From the NCBI GenBank assembly GCA_000002445.1, contig CM000208.1, positions 3,360,001 to 3,424,000 on the forward strand: a stretch of 64,000 nucleotides of DNA, in the 5' to 3' direction. This stretch comes from Trypanosoma brucei. Lineage: Eukaryota. Below, in pieces: positions 11,120-20,683 of this stretch; the first letter of the stretch is position 1; every line of letters starts with the position of its first letter. The notes under the pieces are model-generated. The model searched no databases, had not been told where the DNA came from, and worked only from the letters and a program-made list of their open reading frames with translations. Position numbers and translations under genes: made by a program.

Positions 11120-12446
11120 GGTGAAAAATGATCCCTTCGTTTTATTTTTCATCTTTCCTTTTAGCTAGGCACCATCAATGTTATTTGGAATTCCACTAAC
11201 CGTCAATACCCTTCGCCCTACCCTGGCCGATTAGTGTGGAAGAAAATATTTGTACAGAAAAAGTCCAAGGATAGCTCCAAAGAATGGAACAACTAGTGGA
11301 ACCCAGAAATAATAATTTGCATGTGAAAAAACTTCCCCCCCGAGAAGGATCGCACCGAAGACCCTGGGACCGAAATCAAGTGAGGGATTCATCGCAAGGG
11401 GAGACGCTAAGCCGAAGTTGTTGACCATGACGAAGACAAGAGCACCAATAGCTACCGTTTCGTACCCCTTGGCAGGAGAGTTATTGGGGTCAAAGATACC
11501 GCAGACACAGAGCAGTAGCACTGCGGTGGAAATGAGTTCAGCAAAAATTGGATAAAATATACCATTTCCTTCCGCGGGGTACATGGCAAACACCCACGCA
11601 ATCCCCTTTTCACCGAAGGCAATCAACTCACCACCACCATGCGCCTTCAGGAGATCAGCAAACACTCCGTAAGCGCAGGCAGCACCAAGGAAAGTGCCGA
11701 GCATCTGCGCCGCGATGTAGCCGGGGACTTTTCTCCAAGGGAAATCACCGAAAACCGCATTGCCAACGGTGACGGCAGAGTTGAGATGGCCACCGGAGAT
11801 GCCCAGTGAAACATACAGAGCCATCGTGACAGCCACACCAATACCAATCGTAAGACCGAGAAGCCCAAAATCTGGAACAAGTAGTGAGGTGATAACCGCG
11901 CCCTTAGCGATATATATGAGGACGAAGTTTCCCAGAAATTCAGCCACGTAGTCGCGGTAATTTAGCCGCAGTTCCCGTGGTGCCCAAAAGTTGATGCCTC
12001 CCACGGGTTTCTCTTGAGCCTCCGCCACCTCATGTTTTTGTACATCTGCATCCCACCGCTCATTGCTACTGTTGTCAACGTTTCCCTGAACACGGACCTC
12101 CACTGTTCCATCCTTATTAACCGCTTGTAGCTCCATGGGATACGCCACATTGTCTGGTTGGCTCTGCATTCTGATTTTCTGGAGCTTTTTTTTCTTGTTG
12201 CTCGAATTCAATTTTTAAATAATGTCTGATGTGCTGAAGGCGCTACCTAACAATTGTTTTTGTTTCCTCCTACACTGTTACACAAATAGTCAGCAGCGGG
12301 CGATAGAATAGGGGGAACGGGGTTTATAAGGTAGCAAAGCACCTTGCGTGACGCAAGAATGAATGTTCGGAAGTGAGGAAAGTAATATCGACAGCATTAA
12401 CAAGGAATTCCCACATGCGCATGCGTGTGCGTAGAGGAGTGAAACG
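11120..12446. repeat. Tandem duplication unit 2 (AQP2 gene with flanks)
   Basis: See unit 1. The offset is 1769-1796 bp; the 27-bp difference comes from 24 extra coding nt in AQP2. Confidence 0.85.
11231..12211 (-). CDS. AQP2: Aquaglyceroporin 2 (atypical NSA/NPS motifs, Arg replaced by Leu)
   Basis: 326 aa MIP-family protein. First motif [11 protein letters not shown] (NSA, at about 11774-11782). Second motif [11 protein letters not shown] (NPS plus Leu, at about 11378-11389). These are the hallmark residues of TbAQP2, the pentamidine/melarsoprol uptake channel. Confidence 0.9.
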   Translation of the reverse strand: MNSSNKKKKLQKIRMQSQPDNVAYPMELQAVNKDGTVEVRVQGNVDNSSNERWDADVQKHEVAEAQEKPVGGINFWAPRELRLNYRDYVAEFLGNFVLIYIAKGAVITSLLVPDFGLLGLTIGIGVAVTMALYVSLGISGGHLNSAVTVGNAVFGDFPWRKVPGYIAAQMLGTFLGAACAYGVFADLLKAHGGGELIAFGEKGIAWVFAMYPAEGNGIFYPIFAELISTAVLLLCVCGIFDPNNSPAKGYETVAIGALVFVMVNNFGLASPLAMNPSLDFGPRVFGAILLGGEVFSHANYYFWVPLVVPFFGAILGLFLYKYFLPH

Positions 12447-12799
12447 GAAGGAAGAAAGAAAACAACAAGTGGAGTTTCAGCCTTCTTTTTCTCGATTATT
12501 CTGATCTGATTTCCCCCTTTCCACTATGATGCTTGTATATGATCCCTCCTTGGAGAGCGGTGCAATGCAAAAGGTTATACTGACAGGGTCAAGATGATGC
12601 CGACAAAAAAACTAGGAGGGTGAACTGTGCTCAGGAGGACCATCAAAACCCTCTACCAGCTGTTGCCATGCACCACGCGGTAACCGCCTTACCTCCGCAC
12701 TTCTTCCCATAGTCCTCATTTCCCCTTCTCCTCCCACCCATCCAACCGACCTCCCGTTGTAAATATCTCTCCACCATATCTTGTTCAAACAAGTTGTCG

Positions 12800-13936
12800 T
12801 CAGTGAACCCGCTGATTTTGGTTTTCGTATTCGCTGAGAGGTGTTTTAAACCATGGTTGGCAAAACTCATTGCCTTCACGGAGGATAAACACTTCCGAAT
12901 TGCCAGTTGTAACCACCAGCATGCCTCCAGTGGGCGACCACGAGAGACGCCATACCGGCTCATCGAAGAGGACGCAACTGCGCTCCCAACCACCGCTCAC
13001 CTCTCCCATGGCATCCCTTCCCCCTTCGCCGCTCCGCAACCCCCGGTCATCAATACAAGTCGTGAGGTGACTCCACTGTTTGCGGTGAATGATGACACTC
13101 CTGTCCTGTCCGCAACTAGCAATAACTGCGTATCGCGTCGCAGCGGAAAGAGGTTCGAAAGCAACGTCTCGCACCCAGTCTGTGTGACCTTCGAGCAACT
13201 CCAGGAAGTGATAGGGATGGGCCCCAGCAGCGCCGCCTTCGGGTAAGTACCACAAACGAACTCGTGAGTCACATCCACCAGAGACCAAAAGCCTCCCGTT
13301 ACCCAACTGTGGACAAGTGGGCGCAAATGATACGCATGTGGCTCCCATGGCATGTGCGATGTTGTTGCTGTTGTTACTCAGTTTAACGCTCTCACGCCAG
13401 GCACCCTCTTCATATGTTGTTACTGCCACGGTGCCATCACTACTCGCCGTCGCAAGCATGGGAGATTCGGGTGCCCACTGTACGGCATTGACGCTACCCT
13501 GGTGAATGTCAATCACATGCACTGGTCGCCATTGGCGTGTGGGTTGCGACACTTCTTTCCATACAATTGCCTTGTGATCGTAGCCAGCCGATGCCAAGAC
13601 AGTGCCAAAGCGCGGGTGTGCCCAACTCACCATCCACACGGGACCCTCATGACCTATGAGGGTCGCAACTCGCTGCATCTGACCGTCTCGGACCGTGTGA
13701 ATGCCTATAGTGCGGTCGGAGCTTGCGGTCGCGAGTTGCTGTCCGTAGTAGTCGAATTGCGTGTCGTGGATTATGTCCTGATGTTCCTGAGGTTGCTGCT
13801 GCTGGAATTGTTGGGGCTGCTGTGGTTGTCTCTGTTGATGCATATCATGGGGTGCCACTGGTGCTGCCTGGCCGTAGCCACCAATAGTGCGGTTTTGCGA
13901 CGGGTATCTAGTTGAATGAAGCATTATTGGTATCAA
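12800..13936 (-). CDS. SEC13: Sec13-like WD40 protein (COPII / nuclear pore)
   Basis: HDTQFDYYGQQLATASSDRTIGIH...GHEGPVWMVSWAHPRFGTVLASAGYDHKAIVWKE...VNAVQWAP aligns closely with Sec13 ([24 protein letters not shown]...[32 protein letters not shown]). It carries an additional Q-rich N-terminal extension. Confidence 0.75.
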   Translation of the reverse strand: MIPIMLHSTRYPSQNRTIGGYGQAAPVAPHDMHQQRQPQQPQQFQQQQPQEHQDIIHDTQFDYYGQQLATASSDRTIGIHTVRDGQMQRVATLIGHEGPVWMVSWAHPRFGTVLASAGYDHKAIVWKEVSQPTRQWRPVHVIDIHQGSVNAVQWAPESPMLATASSDGTVAVTTYEEGAWRESVKLSNNSNNIAHAMGATCVSFAPTCPQLGNGRLLVSGGCDSRVRLWYLPEGGAAGAHPYHFLELLEGHTDWVRDVAFEPLSAATRYAVIASCGQDRSVIIHRKQWSHLTTCIDDRGLRSGEGGRDAMGEVSGGWERSCVLFDEPVWRLSWSPTGGMLVVTTGNSEVFILREGNEFCQPWFKTPLSEYENQNQRVH

Positions 13937-14473
13937 TATTCAATTTCTTCTCCTTTCCTCAGTTCCTGGTATTAGTTTTTTTTTTTTTCGCCCTTATCAC
14001 ACCTTATCAACTCCTGCCTTTTCTTATCCACCTAATGGAAGCAAATGGTAGTCCGCGGCGCCGCAGCGTAAAGGTCAAAAGGGGAAAATAACAACACGTC
14101 ATAAAAGATAGATAGCGATTGTTTCAAGTGACAATTTGGCACAGCAACGAATCGCACGAAACACGCACGATGATGGGCAACCCGCTCAGCGACAAAGGGC
14201 TCACTTGTGAGCCAAATCGCATAGCCAGCTTCCGCAACAACTGGTGGTACCCATTGAAATGGCTGTCGTAGCCTGCAAGCATATTCTCTCTGTTGTAAAA
14301 GCAACTATAGCGACATAGTTTCCCTTCACAACTTCTTCCACCGTTATCATCATAGACAGGGGGAGGGGTGTTGATAAAAAAAAACTACCCACTCTTTCCG
14401 AACACAACCATCGCATAAAATTAAGAAAATGATACTAATGAGATTGTATAGGATGGCTGACCCCAGAGCTCAC

Positions 14474-15856
14474 TCAACAATGCCGTCGCTCGATGGCCAT
14501 AACACTCTCCAGCGCTGCCGCGGCTCCCCTTCCAGTAACGCTATCATATGGTTCCCCGCCCAACTCGTTTTCACCCACCCACTCTCCCTGAAGGTCCTCG
14601 TCACTAGCCCAAAGTGTGCTGGCGTGCCCACCACCCGCGTGTGAAGAAGAGGATGGGAAACCCACGGAGGGGCTTACATCCCCGTCCAACACCGACAACC
14701 GACGCAACAGAGACAACTCATAAAGCACTATGTGTGTGTGCGCCAACTTCCACTCCTCGCGCTCCAGCACTGCCTGCGCTACCTTGAGTCCCGCAGTCGC
14801 AAGCATCTGCCGCTCCAACTCACCAACCTCAACTACCGTTTCGTCATTGTGATCTTCAATTTTAATGCCACTCTCACAGGATCGCCTTTCCCGCTTCCGT
14901 CCAACTACTTCCTTCTGTCCACCGTTTTCCCCTCCCGTGTTTTCTTCCCTTGCCGCGCAACGAGGCAGAAGCCTCTTTACCAGTGGCACAGGGCAATCCC
15001 TGTAGCTAAACGGAAGTGGGCAATATTGAAGAATGTCGCTATGGCACAGGCTATTCTGGTTGTCCTCTCTCACGTCCATGCGAAGTGCCGGAATGCATGG
15101 TACGTTGCCACCTAATGCCTGCCGTTTTGAGAGCCAATACCTGCGGACCTCCTCTACCACTGTGGTGTCTGCGCCAGTGGCGGTGACACCTTCAAAAGTG
15201 GAAACGGGCTGCCGGTGTATGGGGACCTCCGCGTTCATGTATGAACCCAACTCGAATGCAGTGATGAGGTCCTCAAACAATGTTAGAGAAATTTTGTGAC
15301 GTGTTGCTTGAGGGGTAACCGACGATTCGATGCTCCCCGTTTTACCTTTCGTTGTGGTTGTCGCGACTGGGAGCTGTGTGAGCCACTGTCGATCATATTG
15401 GTCAGCGATGTAGTGCACTCTCACGTGTTTCTGCCTGTTCGGCGGGGAACCGCAAAGAAGTTGTTGAGGGAGAACGAATGGCTCTATGTCGTGGAGAGCA
15501 GTAGACCATTCATCGCGTCTCTTTATACCAGGGCGGGCGATAGAAGCTGGTGCGGTGCTATTTGTCCCACATCCAGTTAGCAAAGCATCGCGAGCATGCG
15601 GACGGGATTTCTGAATTGCGCTGGAAGCGGGTGTAGCTGACGGACCCGGAAACACTGTGCCTGGTGACAACGCCACTTCGCTTCGTGCTGAAGTGGTTCG
15701 TGACATGCCAGCGCTGCTGCCAGACGGGGTAATGGCAGTGGCGCCACCTCCCCCAATCTTGTCGGTGCCAACATACTGTGAAGCAAAACTCTGCTGTTGC
15801 ACATTTACCCTACGGAGGGCGAGCTCCTGATAAGGCATAAGCTTCGGATGAATCAT
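14474..15856 (-). CDS. Hypothetical protein with Enhancer-of-polycomb N-terminal (EPc-N)-like domain
   Basis: 460 aa. HVRVHYIADQYDRQWLTQL, ISLTLFEDLITAFE and VEEVRRYWLSKRQALGGNVPCIPALR resemble the Epl1/EPC EPcA blocks (YDmDeeDeeWL ... vYEYWknKR...PLiP). The N-terminus is S/T/G-rich and low-complexity. The assignment is tentative. Confidence 0.5.
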   Translation of the reverse strand: MIHPKLMPYQELALRRVNVQQQSFASQYVGTDKIGGGGATAITPSGSSAGMSRTTSARSEVALSPGTVFPGPSATPASSAIQKSRPHARDALLTGCGTNSTAPASIARPGIKRRDEWSTALHDIEPFVLPQQLLCGSPPNRQKHVRVHYIADQYDRQWLTQLPVATTTTKGKTGSIESSVTPQATRHKISLTLFEDLITAFELGSYMNAEVPIHRQPVSTFEGVTATGADTTVVEEVRRYWLSKRQALGGNVPCIPALRMDVREDNQNSLCHSDILQYCPLPFSYRDCPVPLVKRLLPRCAAREENTGGENGGQKEVVGRKRERRSCESGIKIEDHNDETVVEVGELERQMLATAGLKVAQAVLEREEWKLAHTHIVLYELSLLRRLSVLDGDVSPSVGFPSSSSHAGGGHASTLWASDEDLQGEWVGENELGGEPYDSVTGRGAAAALESVMAIERRHC

Positions 15857-16602
15857 TGGAATTATAGCGAGACGCCCGTCAACGTTCTACACAAGAGAGA
15901 TATTTCCCCTTCCTCCTGTCCTCTCCTTCCACCACGTACCTAACACAACAAAATTATCCAAGGGAAAGAAAAAACAAAGAAAAATCACATACGCATACAT
16001 ATGTATTCAAGAGACTGCTCAAAAAATGAAAGGTTCCCATGTGCTCCATTCTCTTTTCAAGTCTTTTAGTGAATTCCCGAACTTATGAGCCTCCATCTCT
16101 TCTCCTTTCCTCGCTTTTTAACCTTACGAACGTGAGCTCTAGCAGTGATTAAGGAAAACACGAGCGCTAACAGCTCCTCACTACACTCTTCCGTATGGTA
16201 TTACGACCGGAGATAAACCTGAATAAAATACGACGACAGGAGAGTAAAGGGCACGTGTAAAGATCGTCACAACGATATGGAAAACGGACCGTGAGTGGTC
16301 GTTAACGCAACGAGGGCACTTTAAACTGCCCCCCTTCCCAATAAGAAAAAAATGATACAACAGTGGGGGAAAAAGTTATATGAGCATCCTTTGTAACTGA
16401 GCATAGAGTCATACGCCCTCCACGCATGTATACGTGGCGAAATATGACATGTATTTCATTGCCTTGAGGCGGCACCACATTTGATTTCTCTCAGTGCTCA
16501 CTATTGAAGCCCGATCCGCTGCCACTTATTACCAACCATATTCCAGAGCCTCAGAGGTGAGGATGGAGCAAACGCCGACAATCCCAACAGAGGGGAAACG
16601 CA

Positions 16603-17586
16603 CTAGCGCACAACGAGAAACCCAAAGAACAGAAGGAAGAAGAACAGAACGGCAAATATTTTTATTATCAAACCGCGGTTGGAAGTGAGATTCGCCAAGT
16701 AGCGCAGCAGTTCGTTACTTCCAGCATTGACGTGCCGCAGTGATGTCTCAACGTTTGTGTCTATGCGGAGAACAATTTCGTTTTGTTCATGCACGAGACG
16801 AGTGAAATCATTGAACATTTCACCCACTTCAACTACCGCTGCCTCAATCTCCCGAACCGCCTCACTGCGCTGTTTATAATACTGCACATTTTCTCCTCTA
16901 CTCGCCAATTGCATTTGTTGTTGCTGCTGCATCTCCTGATCGTGAAATAATGCGCTTTCAAATGTTTGTGGTCGATCCCCCGTGGTAAACATGTGACGAC
17001 GTTGTGCATTACTTTTCATTTCCTTTGTCTGTTGCTGGAGGGTTGAGCGAAATGTTTGTCCAGTTCGTGCCAGACGTGTGCGCAATGTTTCTACAATAGT
17101 GTCACTATGCTTTGTCTGGGACTGCACAAGTGAGTCAACGTCCGCCCTCCCTCCCCACAAACTGTGTGCTTCACTGCCACTAGAGGCCCTCGTTCGCGCA
17201 AGCACCACCTTCTCAGCATCTAAAGCACGCGCTTTAAGTTCGTCGAGGGTATTCAAATCTGCATGAAGACGCTGTAATGACGTTTTAACCACTTGTGTGA
17301 GGGCTGTCACTTCGGATGAGCGATCTTCAAACACAGTCTGCCGTTGTGTCAGTTGCGTCAGCCGCATGATGGACTCCGACACTTTCGCCAAGTCGGCGGC
17401 GAATGCCTGGGCAAAACGATTAAATATTTGTGTCTCGTTACTCGAACGGAGGCCGGAGTTCGACTGCAGAAGTTCTCCCCGAGAAGGGTCGATATGTCGC
17501 ACGCCGTTGTGCAGTAAAACTTCACCATGCTTCATGCCGTTGAAGATGCTGTGCAGCTCATTTGAACGGTCGCGCTCTACAACCAT
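16603..17586 (-). CDS. Syntaxin (Qa-SNARE, syntaxin-5/Sed5-like)
   Basis: 327 aa. The C-terminal SNARE heptad region RSEAVREIEAAVVEVGEMFNDFTRLVHEQNEIVLRIDTNVE is followed directly by a single hydrophobic TM anchor (IIKIFAVLFFFLLFFGFLVV). An N-terminal Habc-like helical region is present. Confidence 0.75.
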   Translation of the reverse strand: MVVERDRSNELHSIFNGMKHGEVLLHNGVRHIDPSRGELLQSNSGLRSSNETQIFNRFAQAFAADLAKVSESIMRLTQLTQRQTVFEDRSSEVTALTQVVKTSLQRLHADLNTLDELKARALDAEKVVLARTRASSGSEAHSLWGGRADVDSLVQSQTKHSDTIVETLRTRLARTGQTFRSTLQQQTKEMKSNAQRRHMFTTGDRPQTFESALFHDQEMQQQQQMQLASRGENVQYYKQRSEAVREIEAAVVEVGEMFNDFTRLVHEQNEIVLRIDTNVETSLRHVNAGSNELLRYLANLTSNRGLIIKIFAVLFFFLLFFGFLVVR

Positions 17587-17909
17587 AGTTGGAGGTCAGA
17601 ATTCGGCTCGCTAACTGGAGGCCCCTTCCCTTCTTAGTCCTTTCCTTGAAGTTTTCTCTGGTCCCTCTTACCAGGAGAGGAAAAGAGGGCATATGTTTGA
17701 GCAGGATTCGAGTCTACACAAAGAAGAACAAAAAAAACAAAGTAACAAGAACTGCAATGCCTTCTCTTCCCCAAAGAAAATTTGCGTAACGCCGTCGCCA
17801 CCTCTGATATATGTTTTTTTGGTGATCGTTTGACATTTGCAGCCAGAATCGTTTTGCTGTGGCAACATGGTAGTGAGTGGAGAAACGGACACGATGACAC
17901 ACCAAACCC

Positions 17910-18401
17910 TTAGACTGACCGGAAAGAATCGGCGTCGTCACATTCATCAGTATCTACGTCGCTATCAATGTCTGTCACTTCGTTGTCGTCAACCTCATCG
18001 CGTTTTCGTTTGGTTCTGTTTGCTTCGCCTCGACCACGGAATGGATCCAGCCACTTCTGCATCTCATCCTCGAGAAAAGCGCCATAGGCTTTTGGGATGA
18101 AAACCATGCGCAGTTCTTCCACGTGTCTGGATCGGTCCGCCATCACGCGACCTTCGCCGATTCCTTCCCCACTTCCAGATGCATCCCCTCCCAAGCCACA
18201 CGCCGCATTTCCTTTCGAGAGGACAGCAGAGACAAGATTTCCGTTGTGTCGCTTGTTTAACCGCATCACCATTTCAAAAGCTGGTTCGTCGCGAAAGGAA
18301 ACCAACGAGCCAACCTCGACACGAACACCTTTCAGTTTGGAGCGAAGCTCACTGACTGAGGAGGGCGAAAGGTCTGACTGCGCCCTCATGCCGCCATGCA
18401 A
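17910..18401 (-). CDS. Hypothetical small protein (163 aa) with acidic C-terminal tail
   Basis: ORF on the cluster strand ending DEVDDNEVTDIDSDVDTDECDDADSF. No confident family assignment. Confidence 0.45.
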   Translation of the reverse strand: MHGGMRAQSDLSPSSVSELRSKLKGVRVEVGSLVSFRDEPAFEMVMRLNKRHNGNLVSAVLSKGNAACGLGGDASGSGEGIGEGRVMADRSRHVEELRMVFIPKAYGAFLEDEMQKWLDPFRGRGEANRTKRKRDEVDDNEVTDIDSDVDTDECDDADSFRSV

Positions 18402-18655
18402 AATGGATGATGTGCCCTGAGCCTTCTATTAGGAAGACAATGGGAAAAATTAATGGGAGAGTTGCAGTTCCAGAAATGTTGATAGCGGACAAACATTCCA
18501 CGAAGTTCTTTACCGAATACGATTTGATGCAATTCACAAGAGGACCCCCCCCCCCCGAACCCTCGCCACGTAGTTTACATAATCTTTGAGCGTTGCGTTG
18601 CCTGTTTATCTTCCAAACACCTCCCATTTGCGCTTTACAGGCATAAAACGCACTT

Positions 18656-19687
18656 TTAGTCGTCAAGTTGCGTATGCTCCGTGCCATACCGTTCCTTAGC
18701 CATCAACTCGTTCATGAGAACATTCCTCCTAGTGGAGTAGAAGCTCATCGCACAATCAGCAGCTAGAGCGAGATGATAATCCCTCTGCTGGAGCATTAGG
18801 TTGATCCTACCTGTCGTCTCTTCAGCTGCTAGACTCCTACTTGCCTCCGCTGACAACAAACGCTGCAACAGTTCATATTTTTTCTGATGGTACCGTGCCT
18901 CTCTGACCTCTGTAAATTGCCGGGAAGCGATGTGTCTGAAGTGGAGGCCTTGAAGGCCTTCGATGTCCGACCGCTCCTTTTGCTCTGTCTCCATAAACGC
19001 AAAGATTTGGTTTGCTTCTCGTTGCCTCCAGACGAGCCGCAGTGCTGCGGCCTCTTCTGCCTTCTTCATCCTTATCTCTTCCTCCCTGCGCTCGCGCTCT
19101 ACCTGTTTCTTATGTGCTTTGATCCAATCCCTTGTTTCCCCATCCTCAAATACCTTCATGCCCGCTGGTTCCTCGACAAACATAATCACCCTCCGGTGTA
19201 GACACTCTAGCGTGAATGTTATTTCTATCAGCATGTCATAGTACTCACTCTCGATGACCCTCCGTTCAACTTCTTCTGCCTCAATTGGATGGATCGATGA
19301 AAAGTACACTTGATACACAGATTCAAATCCCAACACACTGGCTGCTGAGTTGCAGATGGCAAGGAACTCAACAAACTCGTATTCTTTCAGGTTGGCCCGC
19401 TCCGTGGCTTCATGCGTGAGTACTTCTCCTATTAAGGCAACGATGTACTTACTGTCCCGTCCCTTGAAAGAGTCATAAAAGCATTTGAAGTATCTCCTCT
19501 CATCAGCAGCTCTTTTTCTCCTGTTTTCCGTGCTGTCCTCGTCACCGAAAAGGAGATGGTTCTCTTCGACCCGCATCGTATACCACGCGTCATCGTACTC
19601 AAGGAGCCGCTTGCACACTAGGTCGAACCGATCAACCGACTCATCTAAGTTCACTTCCCCCGCCGCTACTGCTTCCGTCATTTGCAC
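18656..19687 (-). CDS. Hypothetical conserved protein (343 aa)
   Basis: Uninterrupted minus-strand ORF with coding-like composition. Helical and charged. No motif recognised. Confidence 0.55.
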   Translation of the reverse strand: MQMTEAVAAGEVNLDESVDRFDLVCKRLLEYDDAWYTMRVEENHLLFGDEDSTENRRKRAADERRYFKCFYDSFKGRDSKYIVALIGEVLTHEATERANLKEYEFVEFLAICNSAASVLGFESVYQVYFSSIHPIEAEEVERRVIESEYYDMLIEITFTLECLHRRVIMFVEEPAGMKVFEDGETRDWIKAHKKQVERERREEEIRMKKAEEAAALRLVWRQREANQIFAFMETEQKERSDIEGLQGLHFRHIASRQFTEVREARYHQKKYELLQRLLSAEASRSLAAEETTGRINLMLQQRDYHLALAADCAMSFYSTRRNVLMNELMAKERYGTEHTQLDD

Positions 19688-20683
19688 CTCAGGCCACGAG
19701 CAAACGGAAGCGATCGTTAAATAAGAAAAGACACTGGGCCCCTCCCCCCCTCCCGCTTCCTACAGCAAATCTTATATATAACACCCCCGGCTCACGCATG
19801 GATCAAGTGAAGCAAAATGGAAGATGAGCACAAATCAGTCTGCAGAGTAGTAGAACGTAACCCAAGCATGTAAGTTTCATAGTTGATGATCCATACAATA
19901 CAAAGGGGGGGGTGTTCCAACTGAGGAAGGTGCGACAACAGAAGGCACCGGAGCGTCCTCCCCGAAAATAAAACCAGTTTGAACCACACCTTTTTGCATT
20001 ACATGAAAAGATAAACCCGATTGTGTTTTGGGCGAAATATTACACATTCATCCAGAAAGAAGGGAAATCAGCAGCACCTCCCTCGCTTCCCCACCCTCCA
20101 ATAACCCCAACCCCCTGTGTTTTGGTGCACACTATGCACGGGTACTGTGGTACCGGGTGGAGAAAACAACAACCGCAACAAAAAAGGGCTAGGCATCCTT
20201 TTTTTGGAGTTTAACCCATTGCCCTCTTCGCCAGTGTATTTTTTTAAAAAAAAAAGACCAACGAAACAGCACTGTTCCAAGGTGAGGGGAGGGAAGAAAT
20301 AAGGTGGTGCACGCAAGCGCGAGGGGGACAAAATAAGGCGATGGAGACACTTGCCTTCTTCCCACACACCTCATTCATGCACATACGAGTTTGCTTCGTA
20401 AGGAATGGCAGCTGCAGCAAGAAGTGACCGTCATATACACATACATGTATATATATATATATATGTGTGTATGTGTGTGTTCGTACATGACGCAGTGAAA
20501 TGTGAAGGTAATGTAGAAAAAGCAACGAAAAGGGGGGGAGAACCTAGTTAGAATCAGATAGAAAAATGGTTACAAAATTTGTACATGTGGGACGAAAAAA
20601 AAAAACACTCTCATGAGGTAGGACAATCGAAACCCCATCAACGCTCAGGGTTCTCCCGACTCACTACCTGTTTCAGCCTGCTG

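Noticed and set aside
12643-12993. 116-aa minus-strand ORF overlapping the 3' end of the Sec13 gene
   Set aside because: It overlaps a strongly supported CDS out of frame and has no recognisable features.
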